A stretch of DNA of 64,000 bases from Mycobacteriales bacterium (GTDB taxonomy: Bacteria; Actinomycetota; Actinomycetes; Mycobacteriales; SCTD01), in contig JBKJVH010000036.1 of NCBI GenBank assembly GCA_046590985.1, positions 11,325 to 75,324 of the forward strand, in the 5' to 3' direction. The translations under genes and the position numbers were made by a program. Positions 55,324-64,000 of the stretch are shown piece by piece. The notes beneath the pieces were generated by a model. The model saw nothing but the letters and a program-made list of their open reading frames with translations, was not told the origin of the DNA and made no database searches. Positions within the stretch are counted from its first letter, which is position 1, and the number at the start of each line of letters is the position of its first letter.

Positions 55324-56175
55324 CTACTCCACCTTCTGGAACTGCCGGATGGCCAGCGCCATCAGGCCGGAGCCGATCGCGGCTACCAGCACGAGCTGCA
55401 GCCAGTTGGGGACGATCCAGCCGTCCCAGGTGAGAGGTGGGTTCAGTCGAGCCCGGACCTCCGGGGTGACGTCCAGGTGGTTGAACACCGCCTGCCGGAT
55501 CGGGTGCACCGCGTAGGTCAGGGGGTTGAGCCGCACCACGATCCCCAGCCAGGTGGGCAGATTCGAGAGTGGATACAGCGCTCCGGACAGGAACGACAGC
55601 GGCAGCAGCAGCACCTGCATCAGGCCCATGACGGTCTGCACCTGCGTGATGCGGGCAACGATCGCCAGGCCCAGCGCAGTCAGGGTGAACGACAGCAGGA
55701 ACACCTCGGCGATGAGGGTGGCAACCAGCCCCGGCGACAGCGGCACGTTCACGAAGGGTGCGAGGGCGAGGACGAGCACGCCCTGGACGGTGGCCACCGT
55801 CGCGCCACCGAGGGCTTTGCCGAAGATGATGCTGCTGCGCCGTACGGGGGCGACGAGCATCTCGCGCAGGAAGCCGAACTCACGGTCCCAGACGATCGAG
55901 ATCGCCGAGAACATGGCCGTGAAGAGCGTGGAGGTCGCGAGAATGCCTGGGAACATGAAGGTCTTGAGGTCGAGCGACCCGGTGGAGCCCTTGGTCAGGG
56001 AGCCGAGCCCGGCGCCCAGCACGAACAGGAACAGCAGCGGCTGCACCAGCGCCGAGACGAACCGGGTGCGGTCCTGCAGGGTCCGGATCAGGTCGCGCTG
56101 GACGACGATCTTGATGGCCCTCAGGTCGAGCGCGACCCCGCGCTGCGACACCGCTACCGGGGCGACGGTGGTCAT
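55324..56175 (-). CDS. ABC-2 type transporter permease
   Basis: 283 aa with six predicted helices. 4-nt overlap with the upstream ATPase gene. Confidence 0.8.
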   Translation of the reverse strand: MTTVAPVAVSQRGVALDLRAIKIVVQRDLIRTLQDRTRFVSALVQPLLFLFVLGAGLGSLTKGSTGSLDLKTFMFPGILATSTLFTAMFSAISIVWDREFGFLREMLVAPVRRSSIIFGKALGGATVATVQGVLVLALAPFVNVPLSPGLVATLIAEVFLLSFTLTALGLAIVARITQVQTVMGLMQVLLLPLSFLSGALYPLSNLPTWLGIVVRLNPLTYAVHPIRQAVFNHLDVTPEVRARLNPPLTWDGWIVPNWLQLVLVAAIGSGLMALAIRQFQKVE

Positions 56176-57125
56176 CGGCGCCCCATCGCGGCGAACATCG
56201 CCGGCACGCCTGGGGTCACGTCGGCGTCGCGGATGGTGCGGCCGGTGTAGGACAGGAACACGTCATCGAGCGAGGGCTTCCTGATGCTGACGTTGGTGAT
56301 CGGCACGCCCAGGGAGCCGAACAGCTGGGGCACGTAGGACTCGCCGTCCTCCACGCTGATGACGATGCCGTCGGAGGTCTGCACCGCGCCGGGGAGCAGC
56401 TCGAGCGCGACCCCATCGTCAGCAGTCCGGATGGTGACGCGGTCCGTGCCGACGCTCGCCTTCAACGCAGCGGGGGTGTCCAGCGCGACGAGCTGCCCGG
56501 CGTCCATGATGGCGATCCGGTCGCAGTGCTCGGCCTCGTCCATGTAGTGGGTGGTGAGGAAGATGGTGATGTCCTCCTGCTGCTTGAGCAGCTCGATGTA
56601 CTCCCAGATCGAGGCTCTGGTCTGCGGGTCGAGTCCAACAGTCGGCTCGTCGAGGAACAGCACACGTGGGGAGTGCATCAGGCCCCGGGCGATCTCGAGC
56701 CGGCGCTTCATGCCGCCGGAGAAGGTGAGGACCTTGGAGGCTCGCCGCTCCCACAGACCGACCATCTCCATCACCTGCTGCAGCCGCGGCTGCACGGACT
56801 CGCGCGGCATGCCGTACAGCTCGGCATGGAAGCGCAGGTTCTGCTCGGCGGACAGATAGCTGTCGAGGGTGGTGTCCTGGAAGACCAGGCCGATGTTGCG
56901 GCGGACCTGGTCGCGCTCCTTGGTCACGTCGAACCCGGCCACGCTTGCCGAGCCGCCGGTGGCCTTGGCCAACGTGCACAGGATCTTGATGGTCGTGGAC
57001 TTGCCTGCCCCGTTCGGTCCGAGGAACCCGAAGGTCTCGCCGACCGCGACGTCGAAGTCGACGCCCTTCACGGCTTCGATCTCACCGTAGGACTTGCGCA
57101 GCCCCCGGACCTCAACGGCCTTCAC
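56172..57125 (-). CDS. ABC transporter ATP-binding protein (DrrA-like)
   Basis: Walker A GPNGAGKST, signature FSGGMKRR, Walker B LFLDEPT. Confidence 0.9.
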   Translation of the reverse strand: MKAVEVRGLRKSYGEIEAVKGVDFDVAVGETFGFLGPNGAGKSTTIKILCTLAKATGGSASVAGFDVTKERDQVRRNIGLVFQDTTLDSYLSAEQNLRFHAELYGMPRESVQPRLQQVMEMVGLWERRASKVLTFSGGMKRRLEIARGLMHSPRVLFLDEPTVGLDPQTRASIWEYIELLKQQEDITIFLTTHYMDEAEHCDRIAIMDAGQLVALDTPAALKASVGTDRVTIRTADDGVALELLPGAVQTSDGIVISVEDGESYVPQLFGSLGVPITNVSIRKPSLDDVFLSYTGRTIRDADVTPGVPAMFAAMGRR

Positions 57126-58006
57126 AGCGGTACGTGCTCCTTGAGGAAGTGGATCTGGTCGGCGATCGCGATCTCGAAGGGGGCGCCCGTGTAGACCTCG
57201 AAGTGGCCGATCGGGTAGCGCACGATCTCCCCTCGTGGGGCCGCCTCTCCCATCTTCAGGGCTGGGCCGCCGGGGACGGTCTCGTCCTTGTCGGCGACGC
57301 TGACCAGGAGCGGAGCCTGCAGCTTCCGGGCCATCGTGACCGGCCGGTAGAAGGGGATCCGCAGGAGCAGCCGGGCCCCGAACTCGTTACGCCAGAGGCT
57401 GTTCGGCGGGTTGATGCTCAAGAACCCGGGTAGTGCCTCGTCGGCCGTGAGGATCGCCAGCTCGCCCTTCTTGGCGGCGGTGGTGACCATCACCGGCTTG
57501 CGGCCCAGCAGGGCGCCGAGCTGGTCGAGGATCGCGAGCCCGGCGATCTGCAGGGTCGGCTTCAGCGGGAAGCTCAGCAGCGTTGCGAGGCCGTCCCCGA
57601 AGGGCACCTGTGCGAGCACGGCGGCGACCCGCGAGTCCTTCGTGCCGATGGCCACCACGTGGCCACCGCTGAACGACGAGCCCCACAGCACGATGCGCTC
57701 CGGGTCCACGAAGTCCAGGCCGCGGGCATACGCGATCGCGGTCCTCCAGTCCTGGTGCTGCTTGCGGATGTCGAGCAGCTGCCGAGGCTCGCCGCCGCTG
57801 GCCCCGAAGTGCCGGTAGTCGAACAGCAGCACGGCGTACCCCTCCGCGACGAACCGCTCGGCGTAGGCCGGCAGTGCCTGGTCGCGGGTGGCGGTGAAGC
57901 CGTGAGCCATCACGACGCACGGGACCTGGCCGGCGCCGTCAGGCCGGTACAGGTAAGCCGCGATCGGGATGCCGTGCGAGGGGAAGGTGAGGTCCTGGCG
58001 CTCCAT
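57122..58006 (-). CDS. alpha/beta hydrolase
   Basis: About 294 aa from ATG 58006 (MERQDLTFPSHG...). It has the nucleophile elbow GSSFSGG and VMAHGF. The ATG at 58048 would overlap the divergent SDR gene. Confidence 0.8.
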   Translation of the reverse strand: MERQDLTFPSHGIPIAAYLYRPDGAGQVPCVVMAHGFTATRDQALPAYAERFVAEGYAVLLFDYRHFGASGGEPRQLLDIRKQHQDWRTAIAYARGLDFVDPERIVLWGSSFSGGHVVAIGTKDSRVAAVLAQVPFGDGLATLLSFPLKPTLQIAGLAILDQLGALLGRKPVMVTTAAKKGELAILTADEALPGFLSINPPNSLWRNEFGARLLLRIPFYRPVTMARKLQAPLLVSVADKDETVPGGPALKMGEAAPRGEIVRYPIGHFEVYTGAPFEIAIADQIHFLKEHVPL

Positions 58007-58040
58007 GCCCGCAGCGTAAGCCGCATGGCATGCTCGCGCG

Positions 58041-58832
58041 ATGTCCACCTATGCGCTTTCGGGTACCGCCTCAGGGATGGGTCGTGCCACCAAGGCCCTG
58101 CTGGAGTCGGAAGGTCATCGGGTCATCGGGATCGACCGCGCCGACGCTGAGGTGCTGGTTGACCTCTCGGTGCCTGACGGACGGGCGGCGGCCGTGGAGC
58201 AGGTGCTCGAGCTGTGCGGTGGGGTTCTCGACGGGGTCGCGTTGTTCGCGGGTGTGGTCGGGGGCACCGGTCGGGCCGGCAGCGCGCTGGTGTCGATCAA
58301 CTACTTCGGCAGCGTCGTGGTGCTCGAGGGGCTGCGGCCGGCGCTGGCCGCAGCGGGGGAGTCGGCGGCGGTGCTGATCAGCTCCAACTCGGTGACGATC
58401 ATGCCCGGCTGGGACCAGGCGGTCGTGGACGCGTGCCTGGCGGAGCAGGAGGCCGCGGCGTGCGAGCTGGCAGACCTGGGGGACTCCATGCTGGCCTACC
58501 CGGCCACGAAGGCGGCGATCGCCCGGTTCGTCCGGCGGCAGGCACCGCGCGTGGAGTGGGCCGGAGCCGGCATCCGGTTGAACGCGATCGCGCCGGGCTT
58601 GGTCGAGACGGCGATGGTGGCCGAGACCCGTGCCGACCCGGTGATGGCCGAGCACATGAAGGCGCTGCCCCTGCCGCTGGGACGGGGCGGGACGGCTGAG
58701 GAGCTGGCGGCCCTCGTGGCACTGCTGCTGAGTCCGGCGGGGCGCTTCTTCTGCGGCTCGGTGCTGCTCTGCGACGGCGGCACGGAGGCCCTGTTCCGGC
58801 CGGATGACTGGCCCGTGCGGTGGGAGCTGTAG
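58041..58832 (+). CDS. SDR-family oxidoreductase
   Basis: 263 aa with a glycine-rich N-terminus (SGTASGMGRA) and YPATK (YxxxK). Confidence 0.85.
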   Translation: MSTYALSGTASGMGRATKALLESEGHRVIGIDRADAEVLVDLSVPDGRAAAVEQVLELCGGVLDGVALFAGVVGGTGRAGSALVSINYFGSVVVLEGLRPALAAAGESAAVLISSNSVTIMPGWDQAVVDACLAEQEAAACELADLGDSMLAYPATKAAIARFVRRQAPRVEWAGAGIRLNAIAPGLVETAMVAETRADPVMAEHMKALPLPLGRGGTAEELAALVALLLSPAGRFFCGSVLLCDGGTEALFRPDDWPVRWEL

Positions 58833-58873
58833 TAGAACGTGTTCCTGTCCGTTGCCTCGACCCCTGGAGAGCT

Positions 58874-59551
58874 GTGACCACCTACGAGATCGCCGGCCAG
58901 ACCGTCACGATGCCCGTACAGGTTCGGGACGCCACCGCGGCGACCGTCATCTACGACGTGCCGGTGACTGCTGCTGCTGCGCTTTGCCCGGCTGCCTTCG
59001 AGGTGATCTCGGTGGAGGGAAGGGCACAGGTCGCGTTGGCGCTGATCGACTACCGCGACAACGACCTGGGCTCCTACTTCGAGGTCGGCATCATCTTGTT
59101 CGTGCGGCCGGCCGGTGGCGGTCCGGACGGCAACTTCATCACCCGGCTGCCCGTCAGCGAGGCCTTCACGTGCGAAGCGGGCAACCTGATCTGGGGCTTC
59201 CCGAAGTCCGTCGAGCAGATCGACGTCACGACCGTGGACGGGTCCCAGACCTGGACGCTCACGATGGATGGCGAGCTGGTCCTGCGCGTGACCGTGCCCG
59301 CGACCGGCAGTGACGTGATGGACCCGATGGTGATGGTCTCCTACACGTTGATCGACGGCGTCCCGCACTCCACCGCCTTCACCCAGGGCGGTACGGAGAC
59401 GTCGATGGCCTTCGGCGACGGTGTCACCCTTGAGCTCGGGTCGCACCCGGTGTCCAAGGAGCTCGCCTCGCTCGGCCTGCCGGCGACGCCGGTGCTGTCG
59501 ACCTGGACGGGTCGGATGCAGGCGACCTTCGAGACGCCGGTGGCGCTCTAA
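58874..59551 (+). CDS. acetoacetate decarboxylase-family-like protein
   Basis: About 225 aa from GTG 58874 (GGAGA upstream). The pattern ...LIDYRDNDLGSYFEVGI...GNLIWGFPK resembles the ADC beta-cone family. Assigned with moderate certainty only. Confidence 0.6.
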   Translation: MTTYEIAGQTVTMPVQVRDATAATVIYDVPVTAAAALCPAAFEVISVEGRAQVALALIDYRDNDLGSYFEVGIILFVRPAGGGPDGNFITRLPVSEAFTCEAGNLIWGFPKSVEQIDVTTVDGSQTWTLTMDGELVLRVTVPATGSDVMDPMVMVSYTLIDGVPHSTAFTQGGTETSMAFGDGVTLELGSHPVSKELASLGLPATPVLSTWTGRMQATFETPVAL

Positions 59552-59660
59552 GCCTTCAGGACCGTGGACGTGTGGACACACCATCGCCAGCAGTCGCGCC
59601 TGACAGCGACCTCGGTGACGTCAAGTCCCTGTGAGGCAGGGGAACCAGGACGACGGCCAC

Positions 59661-60617
59661 CTACGGGGTCGGCAGCAGCGAGGTCGGCTTCGGCGAGGGG
59701 GACGTGGTCGGGGACGTGGTCGGCGACGCGGTGGGCGAGGCCTTCGGTGTGGCCGAGGGCGTCGGCTGCGGGTCCGCGGTGTCCCCGCCCGGGTCGTCCG
59801 TGCCGGGGGCGCTGCTGCCTGCGGTGAACACGTGCGTACCGCCGTAGACGTAGACCCTGGTCCCGACGCTGATGGCCTTCAGCAGGTACTTCGCGTCGGT
59901 GCGGGTGACGCGGACGCAGCCGTGCGACGCCGGGTAGGCGGGCACGCTGTTGGAGCCATGGATGGCCCAGCCCTTGTAGAAGTACTGCGGGTCGTACAGG
60001 GTGCCGAGGTCGGCCTTGCGCTCGCCGATGATCCGGCGCTGGATCGTGTAGTAGCCCACCGGTGACAGCGCGGTCGCCTGGTGACCGCTCTTGGTGAGGT
60101 AGTGCTTCCCGCTGCCGGAGCTGACCGGGAGGATGCGCACGATCACGCCGTCCTTCACGACGTACAGGACCTGCTTGGTGAGGTCGACCTCGACGCGGGT
60201 GCCGCCGCCGCTGCCGCGCAGGGTGGGCTTCCTGGGCGTCTTGAGCGCGGCCAGGGTCTTCGGTCCGACCACCCCATCAGCGCTGAGCCCATTGACCTTC
60301 TGGAAGGCCATCACGGCGCTGCGGAACGAAGCGCGGCGCTCTGCGTCGACCGCACCGATGTAGTAGCCGAGGGCGGTCAGCTTCGTCTGGACCGCCTTGA
60401 CGTCGTACGTCGGTGGTTTGGGCTGGGGGCTCGCTGTCGGGCTCGGAGCCGCCGAGGTCGGAGGTGCCGCCGAGGGCGTGCGCGGCGGGACGGTGGCAGC
60501 TGCCGGGGTCGTCGGCGCGACGGTGGGCGCGTCGGCCAGCGGCGTGCTGCCCTGGTTGCAGCCGGCGGACAGCACGCACAGCGCGGCGAGGGTGGCGGTG
60601 AGGGTCAGGCGCGACAA
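59661..60617 (-). CDS. L,D-transpeptidase lipoprotein with peptidoglycan-binding domain
   Basis: Lipobox VLSAGC. PG_binding_1-like segment LGYYIGAVD...NGLSADGVVGPKTLAAL. YkuD catalytic block SHGCVRV. Ser/Pro/Thr-rich C-terminal tail. Confidence 0.85.
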   Translation of the reverse strand: MSRLTLTATLAALCVLSAGCNQGSTPLADAPTVAPTTPAAATVPPRTPSAAPPTSAAPSPTASPQPKPPTYDVKAVQTKLTALGYYIGAVDAERRASFRSAVMAFQKVNGLSADGVVGPKTLAALKTPRKPTLRGSGGGTRVEVDLTKQVLYVVKDGVIVRILPVSSGSGKHYLTKSGHQATALSPVGYYTIQRRIIGERKADLGTLYDPQYFYKGWAIHGSNSVPAYPASHGCVRVTRTDAKYLLKAISVGTRVYVYGGTHVFTAGSSAPGTDDPGGDTADPQPTPSATPKASPTASPTTSPTTSPSPKPTSLLPTP

Positions 60618-60701
60618 CGGTCTCTCCTTGCGTGGCGGGCACTCCTACGTAGGACGCCCGTCGGGACGCAGAGGTTGCGCCGCACCCCATAACGGTACGT
60701 C

Positions 60702-61283
60702 TCAGGCCAGCGTTCCGGTGAGATAGCGCTGGAGTGTCGGGCCCAGAACCGGTGCGAGCTCATCGGCCGTCATCGACGCAAGGGGTTCGAGCTTGAGCAC
60801 ATAGCGCGTCACCGCGAGCCCGACGACCTGGGAGGCAAGGAGGCCGGCGCGCAGCTCGGGGTCACCTGCGCCGGCGCCGTGCGCAAGGGGATGCAGCAGC
60901 ACGCGGGTCAGCAGACCGCGCAGCCGTTCTGCGGAGTCCTCGTGCGACACCGCGGACCGGAGCATCGCGAGCATCGGACCCTGTCCGGGAGTGCCGTCCC
61001 ACACGCCGAGGAAGGTCCGCACGATGCGCTCCCCAAGTCCGTCGACGCCACCGGCGAGCAGCATCGGGACGAGGGTGCCGGGGTCGACGGGCAGGGCGAG
61101 CGCCGCTTCGAACAAGCCGTCCTTGCTGCCGAAGAAGTGCGTGACCAGGGCAGGGTCGACGCCGGCGGTACGGGCGATCGACCGCAGCGACGTGGCATCG
61201 AAGCCACGGGCGTTGAAGCCGGTACGGGCCGCAGCCAGGATCGCTTCGCGCGTGCCGCTGGTGCCGGCTCGGCGGCCGGTCAC
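60702..61283 (-). CDS. TetR/AcrR family transcriptional regulator
   Basis: REAILAAARTGFNARGFDATSLRSIARTAGVDPALVTHFFGSKDGLF is a canonical TetR HTH. Confidence 0.9.
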   Translation of the reverse strand: MTGRRAGTSGTREAILAAARTGFNARGFDATSLRSIARTAGVDPALVTHFFGSKDGLFEAALALPVDPGTLVPMLLAGGVDGLGERIVRTFLGVWDGTPGQGPMLAMLRSAVSHEDSAERLRGLLTRVLLHPLAHGAGAGDPELRAGLLASQVVGLAVTRYVLKLEPLASMTADELAPVLGPTLQRYLTGTLA

Positions 61284-62017
61284 GCGCTCTGGCGCTGCAG
61301 GGTCACGGCCCCGAGCCCGAGGGCGAGCAGCGAGGCACCTGCGACGACGGCCAGGTCTGTGACCAGCCCGCCGGTGACGTCGCCCGAGACGGCGAGCCGC
61401 TGCATCCCGTCAACCGCATACGTGAGCGGGAAGACGTCCGACAGCCAGCGCAGCACCGCCGCCATGCTGTTGCGCGGGGCGAACAGCCCGCACAGCAGCA
61501 GCTGCGGGAGGACGAACGCCGGCAGGAACTGGACGGCCTGGAACTCCGACCGTGCGAAGGCGCTCAGGAAGAGCCCCAAAGCCATCCCGAGCAGGGCATC
61601 CAGCACCGCGAGCACGACGACCAGTGCGGGCGCGGCTGCGAGGTCCAGGCCCAGCAGGCCCAGCGCCACCGCGGACGCCAACGTGGTCTGTACGACTGCG
61701 AGGGCGCCGAACGCCAGGGCGTAACCGAACAGCAGGTCGCCCTTGCCCAGCGGGGTGGTGAGCAGCCGCTCCAGCGTCCCGGAGGTGCGCTCGCGGAGCA
61801 TCGCGACCGTCGTCACCAGGAACATCGTGGTGAAGGGGAACAGCGCGAGCACCGGGCCACCGACGTGGTCGAACACCACGGGCTTGTCGTCGTACACGTA
61901 GCGCAGCAGCGTCAGCAGCACGACCGGGACGCCCAGCAGCAGGGCCATTGTGCGGTGGTCGCGGCGGAGCTGGGTCAGCACCCGGCGGGCGGTGGCCAGG
62001 GTTACGCGGGCGCTCAC
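61280..62017 (-). CDS. ABC-2 type transporter permease
   Basis: 245 aa, hydrophobic, with 4-nt overlaps with the genes on both sides. Confidence 0.8.
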   Translation of the reverse strand: MSARVTLATARRVLTQLRRDHRTMALLLGVPVVLLTLLRYVYDDKPVVFDHVGGPVLALFPFTTMFLVTTVAMLRERTSGTLERLLTTPLGKGDLLFGYALAFGALAVVQTTLASAVALGLLGLDLAAAPALVVVLAVLDALLGMALGLFLSAFARSEFQAVQFLPAFVLPQLLLCGLFAPRNSMAAVLRWLSDVFPLTYAVDGMQRLAVSGDVTGGLVTDLAVVAGASLLALGLGAVTLQRQSA

Positions 62018-62718
62018 GCGGACGCCTCAGCCAGGGCGAGGAAGGCGCCTTCGACATCGGGTGCACCGGTCTGGATCAGCAGCTCCGTGGGGGAGGCGTC
62101 GGCGACGAAGCGACCTTCGCGCATCAGGAGCAGCCGGTCGCACCGGGAGGCCTCGTCCATCACGTGGCTGCTCACCAGGAGGGTGGCGCCCTCGTCGGCG
62201 AGTCTGTGGAACAGCCCCCACAGGTCACGTCGCAGCACCGGGTCCAAGCCGACGGTCGGCTCGTCGAGAACCAGCAGCTCGGGGGTGGTGAGCAAGGCGG
62301 TGGCGAGGGAGACGCGGGCGCGCTGCCCGCCCGACAGCGTCTGCACGAGCTGGTCGCGGCGATCGGTCAACGCGACCTGCCCCAGCACCTCGTCGACGCG
62401 CTCGGATCCCAGCACGGCCGCGAAGTACCGCAGGTTCTCCGCGACAGACAGGTCGGTGTACACCGCTGGCGCCTGCGCCACGTAGCCCACCCGACGTCTC
62501 AGCTCGGCGTTGCCGGCGGGCAGGCCGAGCACCCGGACGGTGCCGACGACGCCGCGCTGCACGCCGACCAGGGCTCGCATCAGGGTGGTCTTGCCGCACC
62601 CGCTGGGGCCGAGCAGCCCGGTGATCTCGCCCGGCCTGAGGGTGAAGTCGAGCTGGTGCAGGACGGTCGTGCCGCCCCGCCGAACGGTGAGGCCGGCGAC
62701 CTCGACGGAATTCTTCAT
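62014..62718 (-). CDS. ABC transporter ATP-binding protein
   Basis: About 234 aa from ATG 62718 (MKNSVEVAGL...). Walker A GPSGCGKTT, signature LSGGQRAR, Walker B LVLDEPT. Confidence 0.9.
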   Translation of the reverse strand: MKNSVEVAGLTVRRGGTTVLHQLDFTLRPGEITGLLGPSGCGKTTLMRALVGVQRGVVGTVRVLGLPAGNAELRRRVGYVAQAPAVYTDLSVAENLRYFAAVLGSERVDEVLGQVALTDRRDQLVQTLSGGQRARVSLATALLTTPELLVLDEPTVGLDPVLRRDLWGLFHRLADEGATLLVSSHVMDEASRCDRLLLMREGRFVADASPTELLIQTGAPDVEGAFLALAEASA

Positions 62719-62789
62719 GTGTTGAGTTCTACGCCTGTTGAATTCTTGGGTCAAGAGGGTTTCCGTTGTCGACGTCGAACCCCTGAGGT

Positions 62790-64000
62790 ATGCGCCGTCT
62801 CCTCGCCCTGCTGCTGCTCCTCGCCGCCCTCGCCGCGCCGTCCTCCCGGGCTGCCGCCGGGCCGGTCGTCCTGCACCGGGTCGGCAGCTCCCTGGTGGAT
62901 GCGCAGGGCCGGGTGGTGCTGCTGCACGGAGTCAACGCGGTCTGGAAGCGCGCGCCCTACGTTGCGCCGGCAACTGCGGCCGGCTTCACGGCCAAGGACG
63001 CCGACTGGATCGCCGCACAGGGCTTCAACACGGTCCGCCTCGGGGTGCTCTTCGCCGGCGTGATGCCGCAGCGCGGCAAGGTCTCGCGCAGCTACCTCGA
63101 CGCCACCGCGAAGGTGGTGGATCTCCTTGCTGCAAGGCACATCTGGGTGCTGCTGGACTTCCACCAGGACCTGTACAACGAGCGGTTCAGTGGCGAGGGC
63201 TTCCCGGCGTGGGCGGTCCATGACGACGGCCTGCCGATGCCGGTCAACGCCGGCTTTCCGGGCAACTACTTCCTGCCGGCCACGACGCGAGCCTTCGACA
63301 ACTTCTATGCCAACGTGGAGGGTCTCACCGACCTCTACGCGCAGGCCTGGCGAGCGGTCGCAGCCCGCTTCGCCGACACCTCGTACGTGCTCGGCTACGA
63401 CCTGCTGAACGAGCCGTGGCCGGGCTCGGCCCTCGCCTCCTGCGCCAACCCGGTGGGCTGCCCTGTGTTCGACACCCAGTCGCTGCAACCGGTGTACGAC
63501 AAGGCGATCGCGGCAATCCGTACCGTCGACAAGCGCCGCATCGTCTGGCTCGAGCCGAACGTGCTCTTCAACGACGGCGCGCAGACCAACCTGGGCGCGA
63601 AGGACCCGCAGCTCGGGCTCTCGTGGCACCAGTACTGCACCAGCGCCGGTCTGACGCACTCCAGCGGCGGCAAGGCCGGTGCTGACTGCGGCCCGCAAGG
63701 GGAGTTGGTCTTCCGCAACGCAGAGACCTTCACCGCCGGGCGCTACGCCTCGCTGCTGACCGAGTACGGCGCCTCCGACGACCTGCCCGACGTCGCCCGC
63801 ATCACGGCCGCAGCCGACGCCCACCTGGTCGGCTGGCAGTACTGGCACTACAAGGAGTGGGCCGACCCGACCACGGAGTCCCAGGGCTCCGGCGGGCAGG
63901 GGCTGTTCACCGACGACCGGGACCTGCGCACCGTCAAGCAGGCCAAGGCCGATCTGCTTGTACGGCCCTTCGCACGTGCTGTCGCCGGTACGCCGGTGGC
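62790..64000 (+). CDS. secreted glycoside hydrolase family 5 (endoglycoceramidase/cellulase-like), 3' end beyond the window
   Basis: Own translation from ATG 62790: MRRLLALLLLLAALAAPSSRAAAGPVVLHRVGSSLVDAQGRVVLLHGVN...LLDFHQD...YDLLNEPW (NEP acid/base)...LLTEYG (nucleophile Glu). The frame is open to position 64000 and is not in the ORF track. Confidence 0.75.
   Translation, partial: MRRLLALLLLLAALAAPSSRAAAGPVVLHRVGSSLVDAQGRVVLLHGVNAVWKRAPYVAPATAAGFTAKDADWIAAQGFNTVRLGVLFAGVMPQRGKVSRSYLDATAKVVDLLAARHIWVLLDFHQDLYNERFSGEGFPAWAVHDDGLPMPVNAGFPGNYFLPATTRAFDNFYANVEGLTDLYAQAWRAVAARFADTSYVLGYDLLNEPWPGSALASCANPVGCPVFDTQSLQPVYDKAIAAIRTVDKRRIVWLEPNVLFNDGAQTNLGAKDPQLGLSWHQYCTSAGLTHSSGGKAGADCGPQGELVFRNAETFTAGRYASLLTEYGASDDLPDVARITAAADAHLVGWQYWHYKEWADPTTESQGSGGQGLFTDDRDLRTVKQAKADLLVRPFARAVAGTPV

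Noticed and set aside
1-64000. Mobile elements, prophage, tRNA/rRNA genes, CRISPR arrays
   Set aside because: No transposase, integrase or recombinase-like translation was seen in any frame of the ORF track. No tRNA-like or rRNA-like segments stood out in the short intergenic regions, and there was no regularly spaced direct repeat array. The absence is based on visual inspection only.

Overview
High-GC (about 70%+) chromosomal segment, by gene content most likely Actinomycetota (Nocardioides-like, not verifiable here). I call about 57 protein-coding genes, tightly packed with many 1-4 nt start/stop overlaps. I found no rRNA, tRNA, CRISPR array, transposase or integrase. All family calls come from motifs read by eye in the ORF translations; no homology search was possible. 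Many long ORFs in the supplied track are antisense or N-terminally over-extended high-GC artefacts and were trimmed or rejected.

Housekeeping and metabolic content:
- recC-recB-recD operon and hrpB
- two acyl-CoA dehydrogenases
- amidase, F420-type oxidoreductase, NAD epimerase
- an Lrp-controlled divergent amine/polyamine catabolic cluster (FAD oxidase, two class-III aminotransferases, APC permease, aldehyde dehydrogenase)
- three ABC exporter pairs and a TetR regulator
- cell-wall enzymes (Amidase_3 lipoprotein, L,D-transpeptidase)
- a GH5 glycosidase, cut by the right edge of the window

Most interesting accessory content:
1. A tight four-gene minus-strand module (13858-18094). A PIN-like/helical pair is bracketed by two proteins that share a duplicated N-terminal module. 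One of them is an 807-aa TPR/SEC-C protein. An inverted-repeat operator lies upstream.
2. An XRE regulator plus a NERD-nuclease/SF1-helicase fusion placed directly after recD (36601-38683).
3. An ERCC4 nuclease fused to an Lsr2-type AT-rich-DNA-binding domain (11955-12920), next to a canonical vapBC pair.
4. A phosphatase / HNH-like / VWA operon, and a DUF2075-type nuclease-P-loop protein lying convergent with a small-alarmone-hydrolase-like HD protein (1217-6566).
5. A BNR propeller plus a MoaD-like Gly-Gly protein, preceded by an apparently unannotated small ORF (18064-19785).
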